A stretch of 64,000 nt of DNA from contig JAKMXF010000327.1 of assembly GCA_024704765.1 (NCBI GenBank), forward strand, positions 14,195 through 78,194, read 5' to 3'. The translations under genes were made by a program, and so were the position numbers. This DNA is from Oopsacas minuta. Lineage: Eukaryota; Animalia; Porifera. Positions 48,684-61,578 of this stretch are shown one piece after another (position 1 is the first letter of the stretch; the number at the start of each line of letters is the position of its first letter). The notes beneath the pieces were generated by a model. The model made no database searches. It was given only the letters and a program-made list of their open reading frames with translations, and was not told the DNA's origin.

Positions 48684-48932
48684 TTATAAACGATGTTGGT
48701 ATATTGCTTTATCTTCCAAAGCTAGCTCTTCAATATAAGACTCATTTTCTTGTATCAGAAGCTCCCTCAGTTTGTTCCTCCGGGCTATAATCAGAAGCTT
48801 GTTACTCTTTACCTTCTCTTCTGCCATTACGTCATTATGCCTCTTAATAACTTTAGCCATATAATCCCCATCACCTTCTATATTACCCTTAACAAAGTCT
48901 CCTCCGTTAATCAGGTTCTCTCTGGCAGACAT
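48684..48932 (-). CDS. CFAP141: CFAP141 (C1orf189)-like small axonemal protein
   Basis: C-terminus LLIIARRNKLRELLIQENESYIEELALEDKAIYQHRL matches the family pattern RR..L..LL..E...Y..EL...GKA.Y..RL. Confidence 0.75.
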   Translation of the reverse strand: MSARENLINGGDFVKGNIEGDGDYMAKVIKRHNDVMAEEKVKSNKLLIIARRNKLRELLIQENESYIEELALEDKAIYQHRL

Positions 48933-49616
48933 AATTCTATTTTAAAATTTATGTAAAATAATATTAATACAGAACAGAATATAATCCTGATCCCTCCCAA
49001 CTTTAATCAGAACCTGAATTGGCATAATAATTCATATAGTTTGGACAGATTACGGTTGGGAAGATTAAAGTGGGGCTGGGCTCGATCGGCTAGCATCTTT
49101 GGAAGGGTACATGCCCTTTCCCTAAGGGTAGCTGTCTACGGTACTGTCGGTACATGATACTATGTATGTAAATAAATGTGAATCAGCCTATGAATCATAA
49201 TACCATTGCATTTATGAAAATAAATATTGAGGTGATCAGCTTTCGATCTAATGGGATTTGACAGTATTTTTGTATACATGTAGTTGTAAATGTGAAAACA
49301 AGATTCAGTAAAATTTTTCCAAAATATATTCGAAATATTAGCTTGTATAAATCAGAGTAATTATCTATTAATGGATTTAAGTGGGTAGAACCACAATACT
49401 AAATGCCAATATATAAGTGAGTATCTATTGACTTGTTTCTAAGGCAGAAACAAACTGGAATTGAAGAAATTATTCGACACAAATCATTAAAAACATTCTA
49501 ACACATAGAAACACCAAATATGATCCAATTAACTAAGATAAAATTATAATAATTGCTCTTTCAAAATGTATAAGCACTCGAGTAACTTATCAATACTAGC
49601 AGATTACTGAATATAC

Positions 49617-50336
49617 TCAAGTCTTTTTCTTGGATTCAGCATCTTTCTTGTCACTTTTCCTATAATATATTATCTGTAATACTAAAGATAAATTGAGTAG
49701 AGCTGAAATAACGTATGTGAATAATGTGAGCATATCACTAGTCTCTTTAACAGTCGTAAACATCCTAATTATAGTACCGTTCAGCAGCAAGGCCACCATA
49801 ATCAGAGACAGTTGTCCTGTCGATGAGTTAGAGTAGTTCTTCTGAATCTGTTTAAGCTTACCCAATATTGCCAATGGGATAACACAGGCCTGTAGATAGA
49901 AGTACACTTGTGCGGGTAACTGATTAGAGAGGAGGAAAGAGAGACTTCCAACAAGGCAGAGAGGAAACAGAAATAGGTAGAGGTAATCACGAGCATAGGT
50001 GTAGCCAAGTAGTATTATAATAGCGTTTTGTAGTGTGAGGAACATACTCTCCCCCCAGGTGGTGAATGGGAACTCCTGATAAGCACTGTATCCCCAGGTG
50101 AAGATGAAAGCAAGGAGCTCTGCATAAAGAGAGAAACTACTGAGACCCTCCGTACTGCCAGCTACAAGAATTGTTATAACCTGAGGTAACTTCACGAGAC
50201 TAGATCCTAGCACTACACAGATGCCTAGCAACTTAGATATTGCTAAGCTAGTACATTCTTGATCTGAATAGTCTCCTCGCTCTAGGAGAACTTGGGAGCA
50301 GTGAGGGCCAAGCTGTGAAGAAAAATAATCCTGCAT
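49617..50336 (-). CDS. MPDU1: Mannose-P-dolichol utilization defect 1 (PQ-loop), intronless; likely start MQDY at 50336
   Basis: ISKLLGICVVLGSSLVKLPQV, FPFTTWGESMFL, NYSNSSTGQLS and IRMFTTVKET. Confidence 0.93.
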   Translation of the reverse strand: MQDYFSSQLGPHCSQVLLERGDYSDQECTSLAISKLLGICVVLGSSLVKLPQVITILVAGSTEGLSSFSLYAELLAFIFTWGYSAYQEFPFTTWGESMFLTLQNAIIILLGYTYARDYLYLFLFPLCLVGSLSFLLSNQLPAQVYFYLQACVIPLAILGKLKQIQKNYSNSSTGQLSLIMVALLLNGTIIRMFTTVKETSDMLTLFTYVISALLNLSLVLQIIYYRKSDKKDAESKKKT

Positions 50337-51070
50337 TTGTATCTGTAAATCTAATACAAGAGTATATAGAGATACCATTAGTTGTAAAATGCAAATATGA
50401 CAACTGTTGATTTAACAAATCATATTCAAATGATTTGATTCTATCTCATCGGTACTTGTACGATGTAATTTTCTAATTTCCAAAATATATACATGTACAC
50501 ATCAAATCCACAACTCTGCTCCAAGGAAGGTCGCCAAACTTTCTAAAAACTTGAGAGAAACAGGTTATCACAAATATATTTTGAATAGCTATAGCAGGGT
50601 TTCCCTGATTATATAACCAAACTTTACCACACTGTAGCCAACGTATAATTCATTTTAGGTAAAATTGAACTGCGACGCCAAAATTAGAGACAAGCATATT
50701 AAAGTTAGGAACTAGAGTCTAGGTATGAAAATTGAGGCCCTAAGAAGCTCGATGAAACCCTGATAGCTGATACGAGCTCTAGAAAGGGGCTGTTCAAACG
50801 TTATGTAGCCTAAAGGGGAGGGGGGGGTCAAATTTAGAGATATGTACATTAAATTTGAACGAGCCCTAATTTACTTTACATAGCATAATACAATTCGTAT
50901 AATAGAAATCATTGAAGTATCAAACTTCAATGAAAATCTCAAAATTTTAAAAATTTGCAAAACCCAAATTTTAAAACATTATGATTCTGTTGTGAGAATC
51001 TTGAAGAATCTCACGATTTCAAAGTTGCAAGGTTGGAGCCATGACAATCGCCATCAAACCCGGAAATGCT

Positions 51071-51600
51071 TCAGACCGCAGATGGTATACCTAATATTTC
51101 ACATAGGTGCTCAATTCCTCGGTAGCCTTCATTGAATCTGATGACTGTGAAAGAAGAACACAACCTGGTTATATCCATGCCTATGGCATGAGTATTGGGT
51201 ACCATTAATAACAAGATATTATGAATTGACTCCTTTTTGTTAGATGTGCATCCACGAAATTTTCTAAATAGTTCAGGAGTATTATACCCAAACCTTTTGT
51301 AAACTTTGGTATTAGATCAACTGCCTCAGGACAAGGTAGTTCAGATGATCAGGTAGTTTCATTAAGATAGCAGATTGGTACCTACACTTAATGTCTGAAG
51401 TTAATTGAAGTATCTGTGATTAGATTCACAGATCTCATTAATAGCACCAAGATAGAGATATCATTTGTCGGAGTCAAGCTTAGTAGGAATGTACCCCTAT
51501 TCCATTGTACAGATAACCTGTAATAAGAAGTAATCTGACCACATATAGCCAAGCATAAGTGTGTAATCGATGCTGAAATTCATTGGATCTCAATCCTCTA
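51071..51600 (-). mobile_element. Degenerate Mutator-like (MULE) transposase C-terminal remnant
   Basis: Manual translation gives SWCY...PEAVDLI...ELFRKFRGCTSNKKESIHNILL...TVIRFNEGYRGIEHLCEILGI, resembling the KC..G.TQN.NES...W...FN.G...LGI motif. Confidence 0.6.
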
Positions 51601-52638
51601 GATAAGAAGCTCAGGTCACAAGATTCCCCTTTTATTTGGACAATTTTGAAATGAATTTCTTTTGCAGATAGCTCTTGTAAGCTTTATTGCTTCTTTTCAA
51701 TGCTCTTGTAAGCTTTATTGGATTTAAAAACAATTTCGATGGCGCTGAATTCAAAATGGCTAACTTGTAATTATTAATTTATATTACTTGTGTATCAATT
51801 CTGACTCCGAAGAAGTATAAATATTTGTATCAGTCGCTTACAGCTTTAGATCAGTAAAATGTCATCTAACCTCTGAATAGGAGGAGTAATATATACACCA
51901 GTTCTTGTAGGATACCATGTGTCTCGTTATCCCCAGCACATACGAGGGCTTAAAAAAATCACACCACGTTTTATTTCCATAAATTCTTGGTACAATTGTG
52001 ATTCAAGAGCTATTGAAGAATAATGAGAGAACTCTACAAGACAGAATTCGTTCATAATTGAGCGTAGTCCAGACACAATAGGGAAGAGCAGTTCGTCTTC
52101 TACCAAACCAACAAACAGAAGTGTGAGTTCCAACAACCTGTGGCATAGGTTTATATTTCGAAAATCAATTCCATCTACATGCCTATTTGCTGAAGCCTTG
52201 GTAACATGTCAGAAAAAGTCCAAATTTGCTGAAGTGATGAACGTTCTTCTGGGTGTTTTCTGTTGGATTGTCGTCATTGATAGTATGTATTCGTTCACTT
52301 TCCAAATGTGGGCGTGGTAACCGATTTGGATTGCGGGTGTCCTACTCTCTTCTTGACATTTTAATTGCTTCCTTGAGTTCCTTCTTCTGGAGAGCTGTGA
52401 GGAGTGCAAGTTACCTGAAACGGTGGTCAAAGGATAATCCAAGGCACAAACTTCAGCAAATAATTGCTAGATTCAAATCTTTAATTAAATTGTTCTCTCA
52501 AAATTTACGGAATGAGGCCAATATGACCCACTAGGAATTATACATGTACTATCTTGATCCTATTAGCATAATGGCCAACCGTCCCGCCAAAACTTTCTTA
52601 TAACCTTACGTCCTATACTCATATTATTCACGTGTTAA

Positions 52639-53237
52639 TCCATAATTATAAATCTCAATTGTTGTTTGTTTGTCCGTTGTCAAGGAAAGGATTTACGGTA
52701 TGCAATTTTGAAATTGTCGCATAACTATGTATTTATTGTGTTTATCAAAGAAGTAAATAGAATTCAATAAAAATTCATTAAATATATCGAACATGTTGAA
52801 TCCGATTTTCTCACTTTTGGATTAATCATATGTAAATTTATTGGTGTTTTTATGAATATAAAGTCAACAAATTCTCCAAATTTATAATATATATAAACAG
52901 GCTTGCTTTAAACGTCTACCCAGGGAGGGAACTACGTACGCTAAATCCGAATTTCGCATTTTAAAGTTTCTCATATGTAAATTTATTGTTGTTTTTATGA
53001 ATATATAGTAAACACATTATCCAAATCTCAAAATATACGTAGATACTTGCTCTTAACGGCTACAAAGGGAGTTGATCTTGCAAAATAATTCATAACATAT
53101 ATGTCATATACGTATATTTGTAAATCACATTGTTCTAAATATATCTATATTATAATACTCAAAGGGGCCGTCAATTTGGATACCTCGAGGCGCAATGCTC
53201 CGAGTTCATCGCAAAGCCACGAGCCAAAGGCTCGTTA
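52639..53237 (+). mobile_element. Non-autonomous Helitron-like element, long complete copy
   Basis: 5' ATAATTATAAATCTCAATTGTTGTTTGTTTGTCCGTTGTCAAGG and 3' hairpin ...GAGCCAAAGGCTCGTT. Confidence 0.8.
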
Positions 53238-53696
53238 TTAAAATGTTTGAAAGTTCAATGGTGTAGTACAGAATCAAAAGTGTTATTACAGAAGCGGTAC
53301 ATGGTCAAGCAAAACTGGACCATTCGGTCCTCCCGTAAGTAACTGTGGCCAATAATGCTAGGTAAGAAATACGATGATGGTAGGGTGTAAAAAGGAAGAG
53401 CTGGGGATGTCCAAGACCTGACTAAAACTCTGCTCGACCACTTTATTTATACATATCCAATTCAATGTTAAAAGTATCCACTAATCAGATGGATCGTAAT
53501 ACTTCAGATAAATATTTGAACAAAGGATTAGCAGATTATATTTTTGATGGACAAGATTTTATGTCCGCATAGTTATCGAGTATACTCGTAGACCGATTAA
53601 TGTAGTGTCTGCATTGTATAAGCAGCTTTCATGTAAGTATAAAAGAGTGACATGGTGCATATTACAACCTATAAATTCCAAACAGTTTTAATCCAT

Positions 53697-53999
53697 ATGG
53701 CTGAATTTCAATATCAATTACCTCTGTCAATGGATATGATTGTGATGACAGATATTCCGAATCTGAACAGAATTATCAAATCGCTAGGATTGAGCAAAGA
53801 GGAAGGAATGATGATAAAAGAAGTAAGAAAGCGAATAAAGAGGAGAGGTTATGAAAGAAAACGAAAAGAAAGGATTAATACGGAAATTGAGTCACTCGAG
53901 AAAGAGAGAGATGATTTACAATCAGTATTATCTGAATTTCGAGGTGAATGTGATTCTTTAAGAAAAAAACTCGTCAATTTACATGGAATAAATGATTAG
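53697..53999 (+). CDS. Small Maf-like bZIP protein (100 aa; likely start MAEF at 53697)
   Basis: EHR-like LSMDMIV..IPNLNRII..LGLSKEE..IKEVRKRIKRRGY followed by a leucine zipper. A 53-nt GTAAGT..CAG intron (53633-53685) precedes the ATG and contains the ORF-track ATG. Confidence 0.75.
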   Translation: MAEFQYQLPLSMDMIVMTDIPNLNRIIKSLGLSKEEGMMIKEVRKRIKRRGYERKRKERINTEIESLEKERDDLQSVLSEFRGECDSLRKKLVNLHGIND

Positions 54000-55503
54000 G
54001 TCTAAAGTTATCCGAATTTCATATTTGTAATACATTTCTATTTGCTTTAATGCTCTTTGTACATAATATTTGAAATAAAAATGATGGATTTCACATTTGT
54101 GCACTCTAAGCATAAGATATACTCTAAACCTGAGTATACTGGGTATAATATAACCTTATCAGTCTTGTAACTATTTGCCAAAAGTGATTTCTAAGTAATT
54201 TGTAAAAGTGATCCTTTTTACTTTTAAATTAATTTAAAATATTTGTTGTCTTTACCAATAAATTCAGTGGTTAGAATTTGCATGACAATAGAAAGGTAAA
54301 ATAATTCCATAAATTAAAATTAATAAAGGATTAATTGAGTCATAAACCAAATATTGAAAAAATAATTATATTATGATAGTAACGAGCTTCGATTCCGTGG
54401 ATTAGCAAACATATTTTATATACAAAAATAAAATTTTACGCAATACGAAAAGTGCTACAATTCTAAATTGAATACAATTCCTTGAATATTTGACTTCTGT
54501 GGTAATGAGTCAATCTGAAACTATCAACCCCCTTGAAAGTTTCTGACACTTTTTCATCTAGATTGGTGATCGGGAGGACAATTTACTGCGAAAATGTTTG
54601 GATTCTTATTGAGATCGAAAAGCTGAATACGCACAACTGTTGCATTAATTATCAATTCTTAAAACTCAATCCAGAGTATAGTTAACTTTACGTTTTATCA
54701 AATAAGCTACTATAAGGATAAGTAATGTAAATTTTATACTCAGACTTAATCTGACAAGAAATAATACTCATTACATAGAGTTTTAGACTATAGGATTTTA
54801 GCACAACTCGTAGAATATTAGCATTATGCTGGACTATAAAAATAGGGACTTTCAAGGGTTTTGGCTTGAAAGTCCCGATTTTCAAGTCCTCTACACAAGT
54901 CCGAAATCATTAAACCGTACTTATATCTCTGCTATAACATGGATACAATTACATTAATATTTCATTGAAATTGTATTGATTACGTATATATGCAGATAAA
55001 GACATTAAATCATAATAATAGATTAATAGTCTTCTAACACCTCATTGTATGAAATAAAATTATCCTACAAATACAATCCACTAGTAGGAGGCCAAATTGC
55101 GGAAAAGAAACCAAGCTACACTATCGATTGTTGATACATATATTAACATATCGTGAATCTCATTTTGAGTTGGCAAATTTAATCATTTTCTCGACTTGAG
55201 TTGGTTTCATCCAATGAATGAGTCGGAGAGTTGGCAAAAGGTACAAATCAGGCATGGGAGGTATGGTAAGTACAAAGTAGATATAGAATTTGCCACAAGA
55301 ATTAGGAATCATCTAGGGAAATGATGTATACCAATATCTTTCTCTCCGACAGAGATTGTAGGCTCTGCAAATCTCTGCGGTAAAATGAATGAAGTGTACG
55401 AATTTGTGAAAGAAATTGTAATGAGTAGGTAGACAAATAAATTTTATTGTCAACTCAAAAAGAATTGATACAGACCTGCCTGAAGATAGGATAGCGATGC
55501 GGC

Positions 55504-56416
55504 CAGTGGCGGATCCAAGGGGGGATGGGGATGTATCCCCCACCAGGATATATTTACAAGAGGAATCATAGTGGAATTGGAAAATCATGTCAATACACTG
55601 AAATGTTGGCTCAAATTGGAAATCGTAAATTTCCTGCTGGCATTGATCGCATCTTAACCTCAATATCAATTTCTATTACTCTAATCTAAGTAATCTTAGA
55701 GATATATATACATTGTATGAATTTACTGACTGTAACGGTATGAGCTGTTTTTTCGATCATTTCTATATTGGTTGCCTCTTCCATACCTTCTACACTGCTT
55801 TCACAATGGTTCACTAATTCTCTGCACACTTAATCGTTAATCCGTAAAATGGCCAAAAGAGTAACAGAAGTTATTTTGAACATAAGATACTGTAACACAA
55901 CAAAACATGCTATTGTTCTACTTCTTGTCATATCCACATATTGATAATGTATCAATGTATTCTTGTCGTGTACAATTTGTGGTACAAGTGGTATAGTGTT
56001 CCAATACCTTTGGCTAGGAAAAGGAGCCATGGAGATAGCTGGTACATAGCATGCTATGACTGGCATCATCACTATTTTGTGCACCATTGCGTTACTGAAT
56101 AATTGCCGGGAACAATTAGATAATGAGGATATACTTTCTAACTCTTGTCATTCAAATCGCTGGATGTAGGGAAAATATTTCATACATTTCTCGAGATCTT
56201 GATCCTCTAAATGTTGATCGCTCGTAGTTTGAATTTTACATCCAAAGACTAAAAGGCAGCCATTATGAAAGATCCAATTACACCCCCCCCATTTATTGTG
56301 ATCTGCACCCTCCCAATATTTTCATCTTGTTACGCCATTTCACCCACACCCCCTTATACAATCGCTAGCTACGTTCGCTCTTTACCCCACTTTTCCAAAT
56401 CCTAGTTCCGCCACTG
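55504..56416. mobile_element. hAT-type MITE ends (CAGTGGCGGATCC at 55504; TTCCGCCACTG at 56416), probably two partial copies
   Basis: Family termini are present, but the flanks do not form a TSD. Confidence 0.55.
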
Positions 56417-56618
56417 ATCTCCTAAACACTTATATCTTAACACATAAATAACAATAACTATAAAGCGGATGTCAGTTGGGTGCATTATACCTCAAAATAA
56501 AAAATTGTATAATATTCTTAATTCAACAATTTATGATTATTATATGTTTATAGACTATTGTATCAGGTGGTAAGTACAATAAATGCTATGTGCCTGAATA
56601 TACAGTAAATCCTGTACT

Positions 56619-56993
56619 CAACGGCGGATTCCTGGGGGGGGCAATTGCCATCCCCAGTTTTCAATATTCGAACAACTGAAATTAATTAGTAAACAAGAAG
56701 AATTTAATTTTTGGAAATTCTACAAGTATTAAGGCGTAGTAGCTAGCAATGGAATCACGCGCTTCTTTTGCATCATCCACCATTCCAACACATTATCTAA
56801 ATTGATTGCTTTCACAATTTCTCTATTCAAGGAAATTGCCATGACTTGCTCTAGTGCTATCAGGACTAGATGGGATATACCCAACGAATTGTAGTTCTAG
56901 TATGTGCACTGTGTAGCAGTCTATAATGGAATCAAAAATTTGCTCTGATAAGTTCAATTTCCCCCCCAGAATTTTTTAAAGAATCCGCCACTG
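56619..56993. mobile_element. hAT-type MITE with a perfect 8-bp TSD
   Basis: CCTGTACT|CAACGGCGGATTC...GAATCCGCCACTG|CCTGTACT. Confidence 0.92.
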
Positions 56994-58807
56994 CCTGTAC
57001 TATATACCTGCCTCGAATACTAAAATATTATTAAAAGTAGAGTACTCATTGATTTGGAGAGAAAGGATAAACAGACATTCACAACAATCAATATTTAAAC
57101 AGATTTGTGTGTATGTATTATTTGTAAAAATAATCACTTTCATCATGCAATACGAAAGCATAAATAGTATTAGAACTTAATTAGTTATAAGCTTATCATG
57201 CATAAATGTTAGCCACTGTTTGTAAGGATTTATTAAAATCAATTACCGATCTGTTTAGGAGAATATATCCATTAGCACAAATACTATACTTTCAATCTTC
57301 TCCTTATCTCTCCACAAATTGAGTAGACTGGATGTAACTAAATTAGCATTGTAATCACTCCACAGCATCACTAGTCAATACTAGAACTTTGAACTAAAAA
57401 GAATTTAGCTCTCATCTCAGTATTTAACATAAACAATATTTACGTTGAAGATCCGAATACTATCATTTCTGCTCGGAGATACTTTGTAGATATAGAATTT
57501 GTGTATTCTCAATCAATGATACATTTATTCGGGTCAAAATGTACCATTTTTATTTATCACGCGAATATTGAGGTATCCAATCAATCCATGGTCCAAATTT
57601 CAATGACCACCATGCTTTAGTGTATAGAATGCTATGATCAATTAAATATGGGTCAGAATGTTAAATTATAACATTTTCACACTTCCATATTTAGTAAATG
57701 TTGCAATTACTTCTAACCCTAATTCACATCAAAACGATTAGGCTAAATGAGTTCATCAACCAACCTCAAATCTAATGAGTGTACACTATGTCTAATCGAA
57801 TAGTTTCTGGTAAGTTTTTGGTATCGTACGATGAATAGGAGATAATTATTGTATATTATTTGCTCTCAGAATTGTACTTTACGAACGAGTAACAATTTAA
57901 CCTTTACACAGAATGTGTGACAATGTGAATGTATAATTACTGTACTACCCTGAATAAGCGCCCCAGTGCAAGTTGAAATATCTGAAGATTCATATCGTTT
58001 TCCGGAATGTATCTCGTCCAGAGAGGCAGTCGTTTGGACTGGACCGCAGGGTCTGAAATGGACTATGGAAATATATAATGAAAAGAAATTAAAGCTGTAC
58101 CGGATCAGGTCCATGGCCTACCAATAATTTGTCAAATCAGGGGGGGGTCACCCTGGAAATACTTGACCCATAGCCGGATGGTGGGTCTAATTTTCAGATG
58201 TTTAGACTTGAATACCTGGTACTTCCGTCAGTTCCGTGGTTTGTCATGGTCGGTGTTTCACTTAAATACATGGTATTGAATATCCAAATAAGGAATTGCA
58301 GTTTCACTTAAACTATTGTAAAAGAGCTAAAAGCTGTGAAGAAAATTTTGACCTAAATAAAAAGCTCCTGTGGTATTCAGAGCTAACTATTTCCTTAGAA
58401 TCATGTATAACAGGATTTCTCATACTCTCATGGGCTATGGCCACACTCTTTAGAAATTTGTACCATGACCACATCCAAGTCGATCTGTTCTGCCAAGTTG
58501 CTCATGTTGGGTCATATTTGACCTTGTTTGGTCACGTTTGGTCAAATTGGTCATGGAGCTTCAACTTGACCAAAATCCCTATAAAAAATCTCTGTAAACA
58601 CAAGTGCGGCTAAGTTTGGCCACATGAGCACGGCTGTATAATGTACCTATTTCCTTTTTAGAACTTGACCCTACGAATAGAGACAGTTGCCGTGGGAACA
58701 GAGTTTCAATTCTCTACATGGGAATTCCCATTCTCACGGCAACCCTGGAAATAAATAATTCACCAGTTTCCTATGTATATTAACCACCCCATTCGGATAG
58801 CATACTG

Positions 58808-59004
58808 CATACTTGCCAACTGTCCCGCTTTCTCGGACATGTGTGTTGAGGGAAATGACGTTAATGTCCCGTCAAAACTTGACAAAAACCTTTAATTGCC
58901 CCGCTCTTGTACTCCAGCCTAATACAAATATGCTACGTCCTACGATGTCCCTCTAAATTAATACCTTCCGTCCCTTTATTTTTTCACTCAGGTTGGCAAG
59001 TATG
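58808..59004. mobile_element. MITE with CATACTTGCCAAC TIRs
   Basis: CATACTTGCCAAC...GTTGGCAAGTATG. Confidence 0.8.
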
Positions 59005-59770
59005 GGATAAGGATTTATCGCCCAAAGTGACTTAAACGGGGAATTCTATATTAAAATTTAGGATCTTGTAATTAGAATATTTAAAAGTATAAATAGATAA
59101 AATAAGTAGGAATGAAATTAATGAATTCTAAGCATAATTAATTGGTCCCATTAACATTTTTATTATTATTCAATTCAACGTGAAAATACAACCCAAAAAT
59201 CAAGTGACTGCTATTAGGCATTTTTTATGTTCAAAGGTGTATTCCTTGCAAAAAATCACGATTAGCGTTCCCTAAATGGTACCAACCCCCCTTCTGGCTC
59301 ATGGGCTAGCGGTTTAAAGTGCATGACTTGGAGGAGTGTAGCGTAGAAGTTCAAGTATTTCCTGAAGTATGGGGTACTTCGTGACGGTTGTCCAAATGCC
59401 CTTACTGACCTGAAAATTTTCAAATAAGGTCCCACCAAAAGTAGTCCCTAGGCAATACAATCTATGACATAAAAGTGAAATAATTGTATGGATCATGAGA
59501 ATTAGTAACCATAATACTTTCTAGACACATCTTGAATTCTCTAAATATATCAAAATATTGATTACTTGCTCAAGCTAGCTCCTCTCAATCAAGAATCTGT
59601 AGGGATCTTAATAGCTCCAGGTTGTTTGTGAATGTTAGGTAACTTTCGTAATACTAGTTCAGTATAGAGTAGCATAATTATTGACAAATCCATATTAATG
59701 AAATAGTGGACTCATTGGAATTACTTTCGAGTAGTGAAAAATGTCTCGAATAAAGTAGTGGAATTTATCA

Positions 59771-60829
59771 TTATAGCATTAATTCACCCAAAAACAAATT
59801 CTTATCACTGGAGCCTGATAAGAGAATAGGTTCATGTGGATGGAAATCTACGTCATTAACTGAACCAGTATGTCCAGGTAGTTTGTATAAGGTATGTCCA
59901 GACTCTACATTCCAAATGTACACACATTGGTCTCCGCTACCTGCAGCTACTTTGCCTCCGTCTGGTGTCCATGAACAGCGTAGCAGCTTTTTTTCAAATG
60001 TATGCTGCACACCTAACAGCTGTTTGAGCTCTCGAGCACCACTAACATAAGCACGCACATCCCATACTCTTAAGGTATTATCCATACTATTCGTCAATAG
60101 TCTACCACCCTCAGGACTGAGGCAAAGGCCTGTTATCGTATCAGAATGACCAGACAGTTTGTAAATGACTGCGTCTCTCCTCAAATCCCACACGTGTACT
60201 TGATTATCGATTCCTCCTGAGAACAATTGGTCTCCTCCCTCTCCAAAACCAACTGCTGTTACTTGATAAGTATTGTTAAATAAATTGACACATAACTTCT
60301 GTCTCGGATCCCATACTCGTATAGTACCATCGTCTGATCCACTAGCGAATAGTTGAGGACCTCTTCGACTGGGAGAACAGCTGTTTACGAAAGATGTGTG
60401 CCCTTTCATCTTCTTTATCCGCTCTCCTGTATGACAATCCCATAAACATATAGTCTTATCTACGGAACAGCTGATTAGTCTATTTCCATCGGGACAGTAG
60501 TGGATGTCAGTAATAGCGCCACTATGTCCACGTAATACATTATAGTTCTCGCATTCACCATACACATTCCATAAGAAGATAAGACGGTCAAATGACCCAG
60601 AGGCAAAGTTTTGTCCGTTCGGGCTGAATTTACAGGCGTTTATTTCTGCTTCGTGACCAGTGAGCTGCATGATGGGTGAGTGGAGTGAGGAAGTGCGAGG
60701 TGGTTGTGATTGTGACGAGTACTGAGAAACCAAGGTGGTTTCTGGTTGGAATACCACCACCTCTCCGGGGTTTCCAATAATTCTATTACTCAACATTCCA
60801 TCAATGTCTCCAGTAGGCAAGTGAGCCAT
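59771..60829 (-). CDS. SNRNP40: U5 snRNP 40-kDa protein (WD40), intronless
   Basis: IMQLTGHEAEINACKFSPNG, RLIFLWNVYGECEN, KGHTSFVNSC, RRGPQL, HTFEKKLLRCSW and LPGHTGSVNDVDFHPHEPILLSGSSDK. Confidence 0.97.
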   Translation of the reverse strand: MAHLPTGDIDGMLSNRIIGNPGEVVVFQPETTLVSQYSSQSQPPRTSSLHSPIMQLTGHEAEINACKFSPNGQNFASGSFDRLIFLWNVYGECENYNVLRGHSGAITDIHYCPDGNRLISCSVDKTICLWDCHTGERIKKMKGHTSFVNSCSPSRRGPQLFASGSDDGTIRVWDPRQKLCVNLFNNTYQVTAVGFGEGGDQLFSGGIDNQVHVWDLRRDAVIYKLSGHSDTITGLCLSPEGGRLLTNSMDNTLRVWDVRAYVSGARELKQLLGVQHTFEKKLLRCSWTPDGGKVAAGSGDQCVYIWNVESGHTLYKLPGHTGSVNDVDFHPHEPILLSGSSDKNLFLGELML

Positions 60830-61578
60830 GCCAATACGTAATCTAGAATTCTAAATTTATGTTACTGTACAGTAAATAAATAGAGCTAATCTACTGAATA
60901 AAGTACAATGAATTAATATTCAAAGGAATGTGGATATTGGACAGCGACAGAACGAACCAGTTTGATTGGAAGATTGTTGAACAAGATTTCTAAGCATTAG
61001 AATTTTCTAGAACTGGTCACAATAGATCCTAGCTTTTCTAAAGTGAGATGTCATCCCAATGATTGAGGTAGTATGATGCCCATTAAAGATTAGACATTAG
61101 GTAGAGTCTTTAACTTAGAAAAGGTTGTCTATGAGGAACTGCGTGAAATTTAGTACACGTACACATTATACGAGCTATTACATACGTCTATCCGCATGCG
61201 GATATCGCATATGAGGATGAATATAGGCAAACATACATTACCATATAGGCAATTATTGATTCGTATTTTCGTGTATATTCGTAAAAATTCTCTTAGCAAA
61301 TTGGTTTCAAAGTGCTATGTACACACGCCTTTTGCGCCGCATGACCCAGTAGAAAAAGGAATTTTAAAACGCAAACAATTAGAGCAATCTAACAAACTAA
61401 TTCGAAAAAATCCAACTTATCAACGAGATGTCGCTTCAAAAGACCCTAAAACAACAAGCTGAAATCTCTACACTAATCCAACGTGAAAAATTCTTCACTT
61501 CAATAACAATAGTGAGAAAAATTCCAAAATCCAAGACTACTCTATTGCCGCTTGCGGATAATCGTATTGAATATAATA

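Noticed and set aside
37325-48932. Functional ciliary gene cluster (MYCBP, SAMD15, CFAP141)
   Set aside because: They are interspersed with unrelated housekeeping genes, and three loosely linked genes are not beyond chance.
24924-60829. Bacterial operon or prokaryotic contamination as the explanation for co-oriented intronless genes
   Set aside because: All products are eukaryote-specific, and they are interleaved with intron-containing genes and animal TEs.
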